A DNA stretch of 64,000 bases from Candidatus Omnitrophota bacterium (GCA_003154195.1 PMCS01000029.1:24142-88141), one strand, 5' to 3'. Positions 9,400 to 19,277 are shown, counted from the stretch's first letter. Program-made: numbers and translations. The notes: generated by a model from the sequence alone, not told the origin.

Positions 9400-10716
9400 T
9401 TAAAAGGAATACACCAGGGACGAATTAAGCATCCAATAGCTTGTTTTTACCGTATGGTCTATATCGTCGCTGGCGCCGAGAAGGTAACCCTGGTAATAAA
9501 ATCGCTCTTTTAATTTGCCTTTTGTGTTAATATTAATACAATTAAATCCTAAATTCCAGGTCCAAAACGGATCGATGCGGCAGCTTCCCACGATATCCGC
9601 TAAATATGCTTTTCCTTTGCATACCCCCCGGCTGATCATATCGACGTTGGCGCCCAGAACCGCGTCGGTATCAGGGTAAAGATGCACGTCCTTATCTTTT
9701 ATGCGCACCCACTGCGAAAAGCCGAGCTTAAAATATAAAGTAAATCTTTCCCATGGCGAAATACTTGAAGCTATCCCGATATAAGGCAATTGGGTCTTGA
9801 CGGCATACTCGCACCATTTCAAGTTCTGGGTATCGGTATATCCGGCGTCAAACGGCCCGGGGCCGTAAGGCCCGTAGCCTGCCTGCGCCAGGCTGGTAGA
9901 AGAAAACTTAAACATTTCGTAGCGAAAGCCCGCTAAAACACCCAGGGTATATTTGGGACGAATCAGAAAATTATACAAATAATCCAAGTCGAGCAGGGTT
10001 AAGGCTTCGACGTTTGTATCAGACTCCGAATAAATATCCTTACCGTCATGGTTAGTTGCCCAATTGGCGCTGTTGTTAAGCACGCCGTCGTCGTTGTAAT
10101 CGATATACCCCTTGTCGTTTTGAATCCAATCGGAATCTTTCATCTTGCCGCTGGCCCGGCTGAAGCATTTAAACCAAAATCCCATATCTAATTTATATTT
10201 TGGTTTGTTCTCGTAATCAGGAGAATTAACTCCCAGCGCGCAAAGAACGCCGCTTAAAATGTTATGAATCGGCCATTCCAATGCGCTTTCGCCATGACCG
10301 CCCACAGAATAATCGTTATCAAACATTATATGATACTTCACCTGGCCGCTGATACGGGCCAATTGGAGTCCGAAGGAAATAAACCCGTCTTCACCCAAAA
10401 AGGCTAAGGCTGCCTGTCTAAGTTTCCGGTTGTCGCCGCCGACCGCCTGGATAAATTCTTCTTGCCGGACAACAGGGCCGGCTTTATCCGGGCTGTTTTC
10501 CGCCGCGCCTTCCTGATTCGAATTTTTCCGGCCGGCCTCAACAGCATCAAGATAAACATCTACGGTGGCGGCCTTGGCTTTAGCGTCAATCCCCTGGCTG
10601 AAAACAAAGGAAGGAAAAAGTAGGAAAAAAATGACGAAAAAAAATGAATAAGGATTGTCCGGCTTAAGTATTTTCAAGGGCGAATGGTAAATTTTACAAT
10701 TGTTATCCCTTATCAT
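9400..10716 (-). CDS. putative outer-membrane beta-barrel protein
   Basis: There is an N-terminal hydrophobic signal (FFFVIFFLLFPSFVFSQG) and a C-terminal aromatic residue (SLVYSF) typical of an OMP terminus. Alternating amphipathic strands are seen. A hairpin terminator lies at 9372..9398. Confidence 0.5.
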   Translation of the reverse strand: MIRDNNCKIYHSPLKILKPDNPYSFFFVIFFLLFPSFVFSQGIDAKAKAATVDVYLDAVEAGRKNSNQEGAAENSPDKAGPVVRQEEFIQAVGGDNRKLRQAALAFLGEDGFISFGLQLARISGQVKYHIMFDNDYSVGGHGESALEWPIHNILSGVLCALGVNSPDYENKPKYKLDMGFWFKCFSRASGKMKDSDWIQNDKGYIDYNDDGVLNNSANWATNHDGKDIYSESDTNVEALTLLDLDYLYNFLIRPKYTLGVLAGFRYEMFKFSSTSLAQAGYGPYGPGPFDAGYTDTQNLKWCEYAVKTQLPYIGIASSISPWERFTLYFKLGFSQWVRIKDKDVHLYPDTDAVLGANVDMISRGVCKGKAYLADIVGSCRIDPFWTWNLGFNCININTKGKLKERFYYQGYLLGASDDIDHTVKTSYWMLNSSLVYSF

Positions 10717-10770
10717 ATTTTTTCCGGTTCTGAGATGATTAATTCTCGCGGGTTTTTATGCGATAATTAA

Positions 10771-12213
10771 TCATGCGCCGAACCAACCGGTCACAGGACT
10801 GGGCAACAATCCAATACCGATATGCTTGGATTGGATATATTCGAAAAACCCTTCCCGTCCAAGATTGCGGCCCCAGCCGCTTGCCCGAACGCCGCCGAAA
10901 GGCGTAAGCGAACTCATCTGAACAAAGGAATTCACCCAAACCGTTCCGTAGCTGATCTCTCCGGCGAGCCTTTGGGCATAAGGTAAATCCTTAGTCCAGA
11001 TCTGGCAGACTAAGCCGGTAGGGTTATTTTCAATGATTTCTTCGGCTTCGCGCCGGCCGTTAAAACTTTTGAGCAATACCACCGGCGCGAAAAACTCTTC
11101 GTAGCAGATATTTTTTAATTCGATAACCGTAGCGGGATAAAAATAACCTTTTCCGGCAAGGGGTTTGCCGCCGCATAAAATTACCGCGCCGGTTTTTATC
11201 AATTCGCTCACTTTATTATCGATATCATCCCGGTGTTTTTTCGTCGCTATTGGCCCCAAACCGTTTTCCGGCGCGAACGGGTCGCCGATTTTTATCGCCC
11301 CGGCCTTGCGGACAAGCTCGCGGGAAAACTCCGGATAAATTTTTTCATCCACCAGTGCCAGGCTTGTCCCGATACACATCTGCCCCTGCTTCATAAATGA
11401 CGAACCTAAAATATTTTGCATCGCCGCTTCTTTATCGCAATCGGCAAATACCGCCGCGATGTTGCAGCCGCCTAATTCACAGATTATTTTTTTGGGGTTG
11501 TCGACGGTAGCGGCGATTATCTTTTTCAGCGTTTGGCGCGAACCGGTAAAAGAAATCAAATCGACCGGGCTTTCGGCCAAAGCTTTGCCGATGGTTTCAC
11601 CTCTTCCCGTAACTACGTTAATCAACCCCTTGGGCAAATCTAACCGGTCTAAATGCTTCACCAACTCGAGCAGGGAAAGTGAAGCGAATTCCGAAGGTTT
11701 GATAATTAAAGAATTCCCTGCCGCCAATGCCGCGGCGCCGGTGAAACCAAAAATCATCAACGGCACATTGTAGGGCAGGTAAACGCCGCATACGCCGAAA
11801 GGCTCATATTTGATTAAATCTATCCCGTACTCGCCCGGCAGGCTTTCCTCCTGGATACTTTCCAGAAAAGAAGCGTAATATTTAAAACAATCGGCGCCCA
11901 ATTGGATATCGACAAACAAGGATTCCTTAAACGGTTTACCGATTTCCCGCGTTTCCAAGGTGGCTAAAGTATTCAAATTATCATAAATACACTTGGCGAT
12001 TTCCCGCAACGCCGCCGCCCTTTCCTTGAAGGAAGTTTTTTTCCAGAGTTTTGCCGCTTGCTTCGCGCCGGTAACCGCGGCTTGCAGATCTTTTTCCGAA
12101 GTCTGCGATAGGCGCGCGAAAATTTCTTCCGTGGCGGGATTAACCACATTAATTTTTTCATCGCCTGTTTTAAATTCTCCGGCGATATAATATTTGTATT
12201 CTTCCATAATCAA
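10771..12213 (-). CDS. NAD(P)-dependent aldehyde dehydrogenase
   Basis: ALDH-family motifs are present: ELGGCN, the catalytic-cysteine region FMKQGQMCIGTSL, and the glycine-rich NAD site FTGSRQTLKKI. Confidence 0.85.
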   Translation of the reverse strand: MIMEEYKYYIAGEFKTGDEKINVVNPATEEIFARLSQTSEKDLQAAVTGAKQAAKLWKKTSFKERAAALREIAKCIYDNLNTLATLETREIGKPFKESLFVDIQLGADCFKYYASFLESIQEESLPGEYGIDLIKYEPFGVCGVYLPYNVPLMIFGFTGAAALAAGNSLIIKPSEFASLSLLELVKHLDRLDLPKGLINVVTGRGETIGKALAESPVDLISFTGSRQTLKKIIAATVDNPKKIICELGGCNIAAVFADCDKEAAMQNILGSSFMKQGQMCIGTSLALVDEKIYPEFSRELVRKAGAIKIGDPFAPENGLGPIATKKHRDDIDNKVSELIKTGAVILCGGKPLAGKGYFYPATVIELKNICYEEFFAPVVLLKSFNGRREAEEIIENNPTGLVCQIWTKDLPYAQRLAGEISYGTVWVNSFVQMSSLTPFGGVRASGWGRNLGREGFFEYIQSKHIGIGLLPSPVTGWFGA

Positions 12214-12348
12214 TCCTTTTAAAATCTAGGTAAAGGTTACGGTTAAGAAGCCAGTTTGGGTTTAAGGTAATGGCCTGGGCTTAAAAAATATTTTCAAGCC
12301 GTTACCTTAGCCTTAACCCATATGGGCATCGTAGCCTTAGCCCTAACC

Positions 12349-13380
12349 CTATTGACGATGCGGTTCGATGATGACCTTAAGCGACTCTTTCGCTTCGGCG
12401 GTAAGCCGAAAACCCAAACCCGTATCGGCTAACGACAGCCGATGGGTGATCATTTTCGATAAAGGAAGCCGCCCGCCGGAAATCAAACCGGCGGCGATAT
12501 TCGCGTCGCTGGGGCTGCTCCCGTAAGAAGGCATCAATTTTATTTCATTGCGCCAGAATTGGTTTAACGGCACCGGTAGATTTACGCCCGGCTCGGTACA
12601 GGCAAAAAACAACACCGTCCCTCCCCGGTCTACCGCGGAAAGCGCCTGGGCAAATGCCGGGAGCGCACCGGTACAGACAATAACCAGATCCGCCGGCCTT
12701 CCCTGGTTACGCTCTTTTACTTTCGCCGCGATATCTTCATTGGCTTTAAACACCGCGTCGGCGCCAAACTCTTGGGCAAATTTAAGGCGATAATCGTTTA
12801 TATCCGTAGAGAAAATTTTTCCGGCGCCGGCGTGGCGCGCGGCAATAAGATGCAGAAGCCCGGATATGCCGCTGCCGATAATCAGTATCGTCTGGCCAAG
12901 TTTGGCCTGAGCCAATCTCTGGCCGCGCAAAACGCAGGCCAGCGGTTCGATAAAAGTTGCGTCCTCGTAAGACATTTCCTTCGGCAAAACCACCACGCCC
13001 CGGTCGACATTCAAGCTGGGAACGCGCAAATACTGCGCGAATCCGCCGGGGTCATAGTTGGTAGTGTGCAGCGTCTCGCAAGCCGTATGATAACCGCTTA
13101 AACAGTAATGACAGGTATTACAGGGAACGTGATGGGCGACGAATATCCGGTCGCCCACCTTATACTGGTTGACCCCTTCCCCGGTTTGTACGATTTGGCC
13201 GCCAATCTCATGGCCTAAAACCAACGGCGCTTTTTTTATGCGGTACCACTCTAGAACGTCGCTGCCGCAAATACCGCTGGCAATCACCTTTACCAGAAGT
13301 TCACCCTTGCCGATTTTCGGTATCGGCCTGGTTTCAATGCGCACATCGCGGTTATTATAATAAACCGCGGCTTGCATCAT
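12349..13380 (-). CDS. zinc-dependent alcohol dehydrogenase of the MDR family (threonine/sorbitol dehydrogenase-like)
   Basis: GICGSDV...GHEIGGQIV carries the Zn ligands, and GSGISGLLHLIAARHAGAG is the Rossmann motif. The start could instead be the upstream ATG at 13416, which has an AGGA ribosome-binding site but would overlap the next gene by 35 nt. Confidence 0.8.
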   Translation of the reverse strand: MMQAAVYYNNRDVRIETRPIPKIGKGELLVKVIASGICGSDVLEWYRIKKAPLVLGHEIGGQIVQTGEGVNQYKVGDRIFVAHHVPCNTCHYCLSGYHTACETLHTTNYDPGGFAQYLRVPSLNVDRGVVVLPKEMSYEDATFIEPLACVLRGQRLAQAKLGQTILIIGSGISGLLHLIAARHAGAGKIFSTDINDYRLKFAQEFGADAVFKANEDIAAKVKERNQGRPADLVIVCTGALPAFAQALSAVDRGGTVLFFACTEPGVNLPVPLNQFWRNEIKLMPSYGSSPSDANIAAGLISGGRLPLSKMITHRLSLADTGLGFRLTAEAKESLKVIIEPHRQ

Positions 13381-13381
13381 C

Positions 13382-14188
13382 TCATTTGCTTTTGCTTTTT
13401 TTATTTTTGGTTTCATTGAAAATATCCTGAGCTTCTTTTATATCGGCATCTTCATGAATAATCGCCCTTAAAGCTTTGGCCATGGCAACAGGGTGGGGGC
13501 TCTGCCAGACGTTCCTGCCCAGGTTGACGCCGATCGCTCCTTTTTGCATTCCATCATAGACAAATTCAAAGACCTGCTTTTCGGTTTCGCATTTCGGGCC
13601 GCCGGCAATCACCACCGGCACCGGGCACCCTTTTACCACTTTATCGAAATCCTTATCGCACCAATAAGTCTTCACCACCCGCGCGCCTAATTCCGCGGCG
13701 ATGCGGCAGCAAAGCGCTAAATAGCGCGCCTCGCGCTTTTCGATCTCTTTGCCGACTGCGGTTACGGCCATCACCGGAATACCGTAGTTCTCGCATTGGT
13801 TGACCAACTGGGCTAGATTATTCAAAGTCTGCTTTTCGTAAGCGCTGCCGATAAACACCGATATACCGACCGCGCTGGCATTGAGCCGAATGATTTCTTC
13901 AATCGAAGTTGTCAAAGCTTCGTCGGCTAAATCCTTACCGACCATGCTGGTGCCGCCGGAAACCCGCAGGATTATCGGCTTAGAACCAACCGCTTCGATG
14001 CAGGAGCGCAAAACCCCCCTGGTGCAAAAGAGCGCGTCGCAGTATTCGATGATCGGCTTTATCGTTTCGCCGGGCTTTTCCAAACCGGTCGTCGGGCCCT
14101 GAAAATAGCCGTGGTCAATCGGCATAAAAAAACATTTTCCGTCCTCTTTAATCAACTGCGATAAGCGATTCTTCATCCCCCAATCCAT
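13382..14188 (-). CDS. DhnA-type class I fructose-bisphosphate aldolase / ADH-synthase family (DeoC/LacD-like TIM barrel)
   Basis: CFFMPIDHGYFQGPTTGLE...ILRVSGGTS...VVKTYW (Schiff-base lysine region)...VVIAGGPK are typical of DhnA / 2-amino-3,7-dideoxy-D-threo-hept-6-ulosonate synthase-type aldolases. Confidence 0.75.
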   Translation of the reverse strand: MDWGMKNRLSQLIKEDGKCFFMPIDHGYFQGPTTGLEKPGETIKPIIEYCDALFCTRGVLRSCIEAVGSKPIILRVSGGTSMVGKDLADEALTTSIEEIIRLNASAVGISVFIGSAYEKQTLNNLAQLVNQCENYGIPVMAVTAVGKEIEKREARYLALCCRIAAELGARVVKTYWCDKDFDKVVKGCPVPVVIAGGPKCETEKQVFEFVYDGMQKGAIGVNLGRNVWQSPHPVAMAKALRAIIHEDADIKEAQDIFNETKNKKSKSK

Positions 14189-14309
14189 TTTGTGTCCCCC
14201 TAATTGGTTAATTTAATTCTCTTTGTTTTTCTTCCCCATAACCCGCAAGGTGCGCTTGGAGCGGATAAAGAGCGGTAAGAATTTGACGCGAGCAAGCGCA
14301 TTTTGCGGG

Positions 14310-15314
14310 TTATTCTACGGGAGCCTGTTCCCACAATTTAAACGTCCGCACCATCACCGGATACCATTTGCTCATCTTCGCGAAGTCGCCTTTGGTTTTC
14401 ACCTTGCCCTGGGTAGAGGCAACAAACGGGTCGATTTCGCGGTTAAAAACTTTTCTTAATATTTCCGGCTTGCCGATAATCACAAACTCGGCGTTTTCAT
14501 CATTATCGATTTTCATGATCTTTCCATGCTCATAGACAAACCGTATCACTTCGCCGTTATCCTGGTTCTTCACCGCCAGGGTACAGGTCAAATCATACTT
14601 TCTGCCCAATTCTTGCGCTTCGCTGTCATTGTTGACTATGCCCATCAGCGCCCCGGCATGTTCTTCCGACAGCATCTTATATTTTTTTGTATTTGCCTTT
14701 GCTTCTTCGATAGTTTTTTGCTTCTGGTCTGGTGTCTGTAAATTTGCTGATTTCATCAGCAAATTTACCCTTGCCTGTTCTTCCAGCAATTCGATCAGGC
14801 TGAATGCCGCCTTAAAATCATCTCCCACCGCCACAACCCCGTGGTTTTTTAAAACCACGATATTGGCGTTTTCCAATGCTTCCAATACCGGCTCAATATT
14901 AGTTACGGTGGGCGTATCCTGCGCGATGGCTTTCACCTCGCCCAGATAAAACTTCGCTTCGAAAGAAAAAATATCCAACCGGTCAAAATAGTTAAAAAAC
15001 GCGGTAGTAAAAGAGGGATGCGCGTGCAAGACAACCTTTGTATCTTTAAATTGTTTGTAAATCTCCAGATGAAGCTCCCGCTCCACGCTCGGCTCTTCTT
15101 TTCCTTCTAAGATTTTACCGCCTTCTTCCATCAAGACGATATCGGCCTCCTCTAAAAAGCCCAGATAAGCGTCATGGCCGGTAATCATGATTTTACCTCT
15201 GCCGGCGTTCAGGGAAATATTGCCGCTGCGGCCGATTACCAGATTTTTCGCGCCCAGTAACCGCGCCCAGTAAACTATATCCTTTTTTTCTTGTTCGAAA
15301 TTCATATTTACCAT
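14310..15314 (-). CDS. class II aldolase/adducin-domain protein (FucA/MtnB/Ald2-like) fused to a C-terminal SCP2 sterol-carrier domain
   Basis: The N-terminal roughly 200 aa (GRSGNISLNAGRGKIMITGHDAY...HLEIYKQFKDTKVVLHAHP...LKNHGVVAVG) match the class II aldolase fold. The C-terminus (AEFVIIGKPEILRKVFNREIDPFVASTQGKVKTKGDFAKMSK) matches the SCP2 signature. Confidence 0.8.
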   Translation of the reverse strand: MVNMNFEQEKKDIVYWARLLGAKNLVIGRSGNISLNAGRGKIMITGHDAYLGFLEEADIVLMEEGGKILEGKEEPSVERELHLEIYKQFKDTKVVLHAHPSFTTAFFNYFDRLDIFSFEAKFYLGEVKAIAQDTPTVTNIEPVLEALENANIVVLKNHGVVAVGDDFKAAFSLIELLEEQARVNLLMKSANLQTPDQKQKTIEEAKANTKKYKMLSEEHAGALMGIVNNDSEAQELGRKYDLTCTLAVKNQDNGEVIRFVYEHGKIMKIDNDENAEFVIIGKPEILRKVFNREIDPFVASTQGKVKTKGDFAKMSKWYPVMVRTFKLWEQAPVE

Positions 15315-15579
15315 TTTAATCGGATTTTTTCGAAAGTGAAGTTATAAATTCAACAATATCGGCTGTTTTATTCTTCGCGGCACTAAAACCCCGTTTTTCA
15401 AAACGGGGTACCACCGACGAAGTCGGTGGTATAATTCGACTACAGCCTTGCGCTACGTCCTTCGGGCTTGCGCTCGGCTAAGTCTCATTAATTAACACGG
15501 TGTGCCGCTCTAGAATGAGCCTTGCTGGATACCCCGGTCTTCAGACCGGGGAGTTATGGAAGGCTTCATTTTGCGCGGC

Positions 15580-16905
15580 TCACGGCGTAACGGCATAAAG
15601 CTCATCCAGCGGACTCTTGGGAGCGTTACTCATATCCCGCAGAACATGAGTATAGATCATCGTCGTTTCCACATTCTTATGCCCCAGCAGCTCCTGCACC
15701 TCGCGAATGTTTACCCCGTTCTGCAAAAGATGCGTGGCAAAGCTATGGCGCATGGTATGAACCGTCGCGTGCTTGACAATACCCGCTTTGTTAACCGCGG
15801 CGCGCACCGCCTTCTGTATCGAAGTTTCATCGATATGATGCCGCCTCACCTTACCCGAACGCGGATCAACCGAAAGCTTGCTGGAAGGAAAAACATACTG
15901 CCAGCGCCATTCTTTTCCGGCGTTAGGCATCTTACGCCCTAAGCTGTCCGGTAAAAAAACTTCGCCATATCCGGAAACTAAATCTTTGTCATGAAGTTTT
16001 TTAACTTCTTCCAAATGCAAACGTAATTGCCCCTTAACCGCTTGCGGCAAAATCGTCGACCGATCCTTATCGCCCTTGGCCGCACGGACAAAAATTAAAT
16101 TATTATCGAAATCAATATCCTGCGCGCGAAGCCGCGCCAGTTCCATCAACCGCAAACCCGAGCCATAAAGCACCTGCGCGATCAATAAATCTCTTCCTTT
16201 GATCTGCTTGAATAATTCCTGAACCTCTCTTACCGACAATACCACCGGAAGCTTAAGCCCCCGCTTAGCCCTCACCGTTTTATCTAAATTACCCAGTTCG
16301 GCGCCAAGCACATCGCGAAATAAAAACAATAGCGCGTTAAACGCCTGATTCTGCGTGGATGACGACACTCGCTTATTAATCGCTAAAAACGTAAGAAAAT
16401 CAGTAACATCTTCTGACGATAATCCACTCGAACAAATCTCTTTCTTTTTTACTTCTGCCGTATATTCAAAAAATCGTTTAATCCAATCCAAGTAGGTGCG
16501 TTCCGTGCTGTAAGAAAAATGCTTAACCCGGATTAGCCGGCGGGCCTTCTCTAAAATATCTCCCGGGGTATCAGTGGGATCAGCCGAAATTTCCAAATTA
16601 GACGTTTTCTGCCCTTTAAAATGTTCAAAATAAATCTTCAAAGCATCCTGCGCCTGCCGTAACTGCCATTCGCTGGATTGCGCCCCTTCTAATAAGGCTA
16701 AAAATTTATTCTGCTGTTCGAGAAAAGATAGATTCCCATAATTTTGGGAAAACTTCAAAAACTTATCCACCCAAACCGCGCAATAAGATACATACTTAGA
16801 GTCAGTAAATTTCTTATCCAGCAAAAACTTTTGGAATTCCGGCAATACGTTTTCGTAGGATTTTTTCTTTTCTGCCAAGTTTCCCATGCTATACGGATTC
16901 CGCAT
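15580..16905 (-). CDS. intI: integron integrase (IntI-type tyrosine recombinase) with an N-terminal extension of about 105 aa
   Basis: The C-terminal half [92 protein letters not shown] aligns with IntI1 and VchIntIA. This includes the IntI-specific extra segment between the RHR and HxxR patches and the catalytic RHRY tyrosine. The gene is transcribed divergently from a downstream attC cassette array. Confidence 0.85.
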   Translation of the reverse strand: MRNPYSMGNLAEKKKSYENVLPEFQKFLLDKKFTDSKYVSYCAVWVDKFLKFSQNYGNLSFLEQQNKFLALLEGAQSSEWQLRQAQDALKIYFEHFKGQKTSNLEISADPTDTPGDILEKARRLIRVKHFSYSTERTYLDWIKRFFEYTAEVKKKEICSSGLSSEDVTDFLTFLAINKRVSSSTQNQAFNALLFLFRDVLGAELGNLDKTVRAKRGLKLPVVLSVREVQELFKQIKGRDLLIAQVLYGSGLRLMELARLRAQDIDFDNNLIFVRAAKGDKDRSTILPQAVKGQLRLHLEEVKKLHDKDLVSGYGEVFLPDSLGRKMPNAGKEWRWQYVFPSSKLSVDPRSGKVRRHHIDETSIQKAVRAAVNKAGIVKHATVHTMRHSFATHLLQNGVNIREVQELLGHKNVETTMIYTHVLRDMSNAPKSPLDELYAVTP

Positions 16906-17263
16906 AATCTGATATTATAGAGCAAAGGCGGAACAATTCAATAAGAAAATGATATTTTTAGTGCGTAATCGTCATATTTTTGCTAAAATACACAAGGGTA
17001 CCAAAGAAAACACCGAATCCGTATATTAATTGTTGCGCGAAATCCAAATAATATAGAACCAGTATTTATTTCGCGCAACGCGGAGCTCAGGCTTCGCCGT
17101 TCCGCGCTTTGTCGCGCCTAAATTCAAAAATCGTACGCGCAACAAATCGCTCCAGCGGAATACGCAAAATGTAAGCAGGTAAATGCGCCACCTGTATTAT
17201 CAAAGGAACGCGCACTTACCTGCCACCTACACTTTGCGTATTCCGCTGAGCTCCGCGTTAGGC
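16906..17263. promoter_or_regulatory. putative attI / integron promoter region with nested long inverted repeats, ending at a GTTAGGC core-like site
   Basis: Perfect inverted repeats occur at 17032-17042/17068-17078 (11 bp), 17077-17090/17246-17259 (14 bp) and 17153-17168/17233-17248 (16 bp). GTTAGGC (matching GTTRRRY) lies at 17257-17263, about 10 nt before the first cassette ATG (17274). Confidence 0.4.
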
Positions 17264-17273
17264 CAAAAAATAA

Positions 17274-17861
17274 ATGAAAATTATTGCAATAATAGCGCTG
17301 GTCATTGGTGGATTGATTTCTTCTGGTAATTGGTCTACGATTTATCAATCACACAAAGACAAAAGACACGTTTCAACAATTCCTATTTTAGGAGCTATAT
17401 TCCTCGGCATTGGCCTAACATATTTTAAAGCAACTAGACCGCTTGCCTTGCTATGCTTGATTGCTGACTATGGAACGCTGCTCCTTATTATTTCAACTCC
17501 GCGGCTAATAAACGAAGCCTGGAAAACTAGCCGGTTTAATTTGGTTAACGCCCTTGCCGGTTGTTCCCAGTATACTGAATATAAATTAAATCTTTATAAA
17601 AAGGGAATTTTTGTAATCAGGGCAAAAGTTAATCCTCCTCAAGCAACCAATGAGCATGGCGCCTTAATCAAAGAGTTTGGTTTTGAAAGGCAATGGGAAC
17701 AAAAGAAAAACGTTATTGTTTTAAGCCGATATGCAAACAATAGAGAGGTTACACTAGTGCAAAGCAATAATAAATATATCTCCAGAGAAAGTAATTATCC
17801 CAAAGACAGAAAATGTAATTATGATATGTTGGATGGTATCGAATTTACAAAAAACGCCTAA
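17274..17861 (+). CDS. integron cassette ORF: hypothetical membrane-anchored protein (195 aa)
   Basis: It is the first ORF after the GTTAGGC junction. It is AT-rich relative to the flanking chromosome. There are two N-terminal hydrophobic helices and no recognisable family. Confidence 0.55.
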   Translation: MKIIAIIALVIGGLISSGNWSTIYQSHKDKRHVSTIPILGAIFLGIGLTYFKATRPLALLCLIADYGTLLLIISTPRLINEAWKTSRFNLVNALAGCSQYTEYKLNLYKKGIFVIRAKVNPPQATNEHGALIKEFGFERQWEQKKNVIVLSRYANNREVTLVQSNNKYISRESNYPKDRKCNYDMLDGIEFTKNA

Positions 17862-17951
17862 CAATTTCATCCAGCGGATTTTGCCTACGGCACCCGAAAT
17901 TTTCCCGCAAAAACATTAAAAATATGTTATAATTTGTTTGGAGGCAATCTT

Positions 17952-18170
17952 ATGAAAATAACCGATATCCCTAAAATTTCTCGCTTAAGTATAGCCGAAA
18001 AAATTTTATTCGTAGAAGAACTGTGGGATTCTATCTCGTCCAACAAACGCATCCCTGTCCCTGAATCTCATAAGGCGGAGCTGGATAGAAGGCTGCTTAA
18101 ATACCAAAACAATCGGGGACGCCTACTCTCCTTGAAAGAACTGCAAGCGCGAATAGAAAAAAGAAAATAA
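17952..18170 (+). CDS. antitoxin, putative addiction-module component (CHP02574-like), partner of the ParE/RelE toxin
   Basis: MKITDIPKISRLSIAEKILFVEELWDSISS...ELDRRLLKYQNNRGRLLSLKELQARIEKRK matches the small 'putative addiction module component' antitoxin family. A GGAGG ribosome-binding site and a TGTTATAAT -10-like box lie upstream. The stop is 3 nt before the toxin start. Confidence 0.7.
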   Translation: MKITDIPKISRLSIAEKILFVEELWDSISSNKRIPVPESHKAELDRRLLKYQNNRGRLLSLKELQARIEKRK

Positions 18171-18172
18171 CC

Positions 18173-18484
18173 ATGGGTTATTCGTTATCATTCCTTCCTG
18201 AAGTTGAAGAAGACGCTATCGGCGCGTATCTTTGGTATGAAGAAAAATCCCAAGGCCTCGGCGAAGATTTATTAAGAATATTTTATGCCGGCGCCGCTGA
18301 AATAGCCAGAACTCCCAATCTTTATCCCAGAGTCTATAAAAACTTCCATCGCAAACTTCTTAAACGCTTCCCCTACGCTGTCTATTTTTTTGTTGAAAGA
18401 AAAACTATTATCGTTTACGGATTATTCCATTGCGCCAGAAATCCGTATTTAATACAAGAAAAAATAAACAATAGACACTCCTAA
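18173..18484 (+). CDS. ParE/RelE-family toxin
   Basis: LSFLPEVEEDAIGAYLWYEEKS...FPYAVYFFVERKTIIVYGLFHCARNP fits the ParE/RelE fold consensus. It is immediately downstream of the antitoxin and its stop overlaps the start of the attC. Confidence 0.7.
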   Translation: MGYSLSFLPEVEEDAIGAYLWYEEKSQGLGEDLLRIFYAGAAEIARTPNLYPRVYKNFHRKLLKRFPYAVYFFVERKTIIVYGLFHCARNPYLIQEKINNRHS

Positions 18485-18608
18485 CCAGAAAATCCAGCCG
18501 ACCTGAACCGTTCTGCTTCGCGCTTTATTAGGAAGCATAGTCGCGTTGACGCGCTTCGCAGCAACGAGCCGGCACGAACGGTTCAGGCGGCTGATTATTG
18601 TGTTAGAC
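18479..18608 (+). repeat. integron attC site 1 (about 130 bp, imperfect palindrome, ends GTTAGAC)
   Basis: It begins with CCTAACC overlapping the toxin stop codon. The arm ATCCAGCCGACCTGAACC pairs with GGTTCAGGCGGCTGAT with a bulge, and the site ends ...TGTGTTAGAC. It is homologous to the sites at 19078, 19715 and 20163. Confidence 0.75.
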
Positions 18609-18644
18609 ATAAATAATTAATATAAAAACAAAAAAGGAGGGAAA

Positions 18645-19067
18645 ATGGATAAATTAACGAGAGAAGCTCAAGAACATGGTGAAATTTTTGAATCATTAAT
18701 CTTTTTCGAAAAATTAATACCTGTCTTGTCTGATAAAAATATTGAAAAATTCAAAAGCTTTCTCGATGAACATGCTGAGGATCATTTTGAATTTGAAGAA
18801 AAAGAAATATTCCCAATAATATTAGACAAAGGAACAAATGAAGAAAAAAATTTAATCGAAGAGTTACAAAGTCAGCATAAAGAAATACTGGATATGATCA
18901 ATCAATTAGATAAACTAGTGTCTACCCATGGCGCATCTTCCTCTGGAAATAATAAAGAAAAAATCATGAAACTGAACACAAAAATAATTGAATCACTGCT
19001 TGCGCATGCTCGTAAGGAAGATACTGAGATATTCCCTATTTTTAAAAAATATGGAAACAACATTTAA
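18645..19067 (+). CDS. cassette ORF: hemerythrin-like (HHE cation-binding) protein (140 aa)
   Basis: Repeated H...E / H..H..E spacing (EHGEIFE, DEHAEDHFEFEE, QSQHKEILD, LLAHARKEDTEIF) suggests a hemerythrin-like four-helix bundle. It is very AT-rich. An AAGGAGGG ribosome-binding site lies upstream. Confidence 0.45.
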   Translation: MDKLTREAQEHGEIFESLIFFEKLIPVLSDKNIEKFKSFLDEHAEDHFEFEEKEIFPIILDKGTNEEKNLIEELQSQHKEILDMINQLDKLVSTHGASSSGNNKEKIMKLNTKIIESLLAHARKEDTEIFPIFKKYGNNI

Positions 19068-19077
19068 AATAACAAAT

Positions 19078-19210
19078 GTCTAACCATCAAATCCAGCCGA
19101 CCTGAACCGCTTCTGCTTCGCCCTTTGTTAGGCAAGTAATAGCGTTGATGGGCTTCGCAGAAACAGGGGCACGGAAGGAGTGGTTCAGGCGGCTGATTAT
19201 ATTGTTAGAA
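19078..19210 (+). repeat. integron attC site 2 (about 133 bp, ends GTTAGAA)
   Basis: GTCTAACCATCAAATCCAGCCGACCTGAACC ... GGTTCAGGCGGCTGATTATATTGTTAGAA is about 85% identical to attC site 1. Confidence 0.75.
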
Positions 19211-19277
19211 CCAATAAAATAATAAAAAACTCGAAAAACAAAGGAAAATATGGTAGACTTAAATAGAGGTGGGAACA

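Noticed and set aside
13381-13416. Longer N-terminal extension (MKPKIKKAKANE) of the alcohol dehydrogenase overlapping the upstream aldolase by 35 nt
   Set aside because: MDR dehydrogenases conventionally start near MMQAAVY, and a start at 13380 removes the overlap. However the upstream ATG has the better ribosome-binding site, so the longer form cannot be fully excluded.
17862-17933. An attC site between the first cassette ORF and the ParE toxin-antitoxin pair
   Set aside because: The sequence has weak similarity to the attC left arm (ATCCAGCGG) but no matching right arm and no GTTRRRY core, because GTTTGGA has T at position 4. This is either a degenerate attC or the two units form one cassette, so I did not call it.
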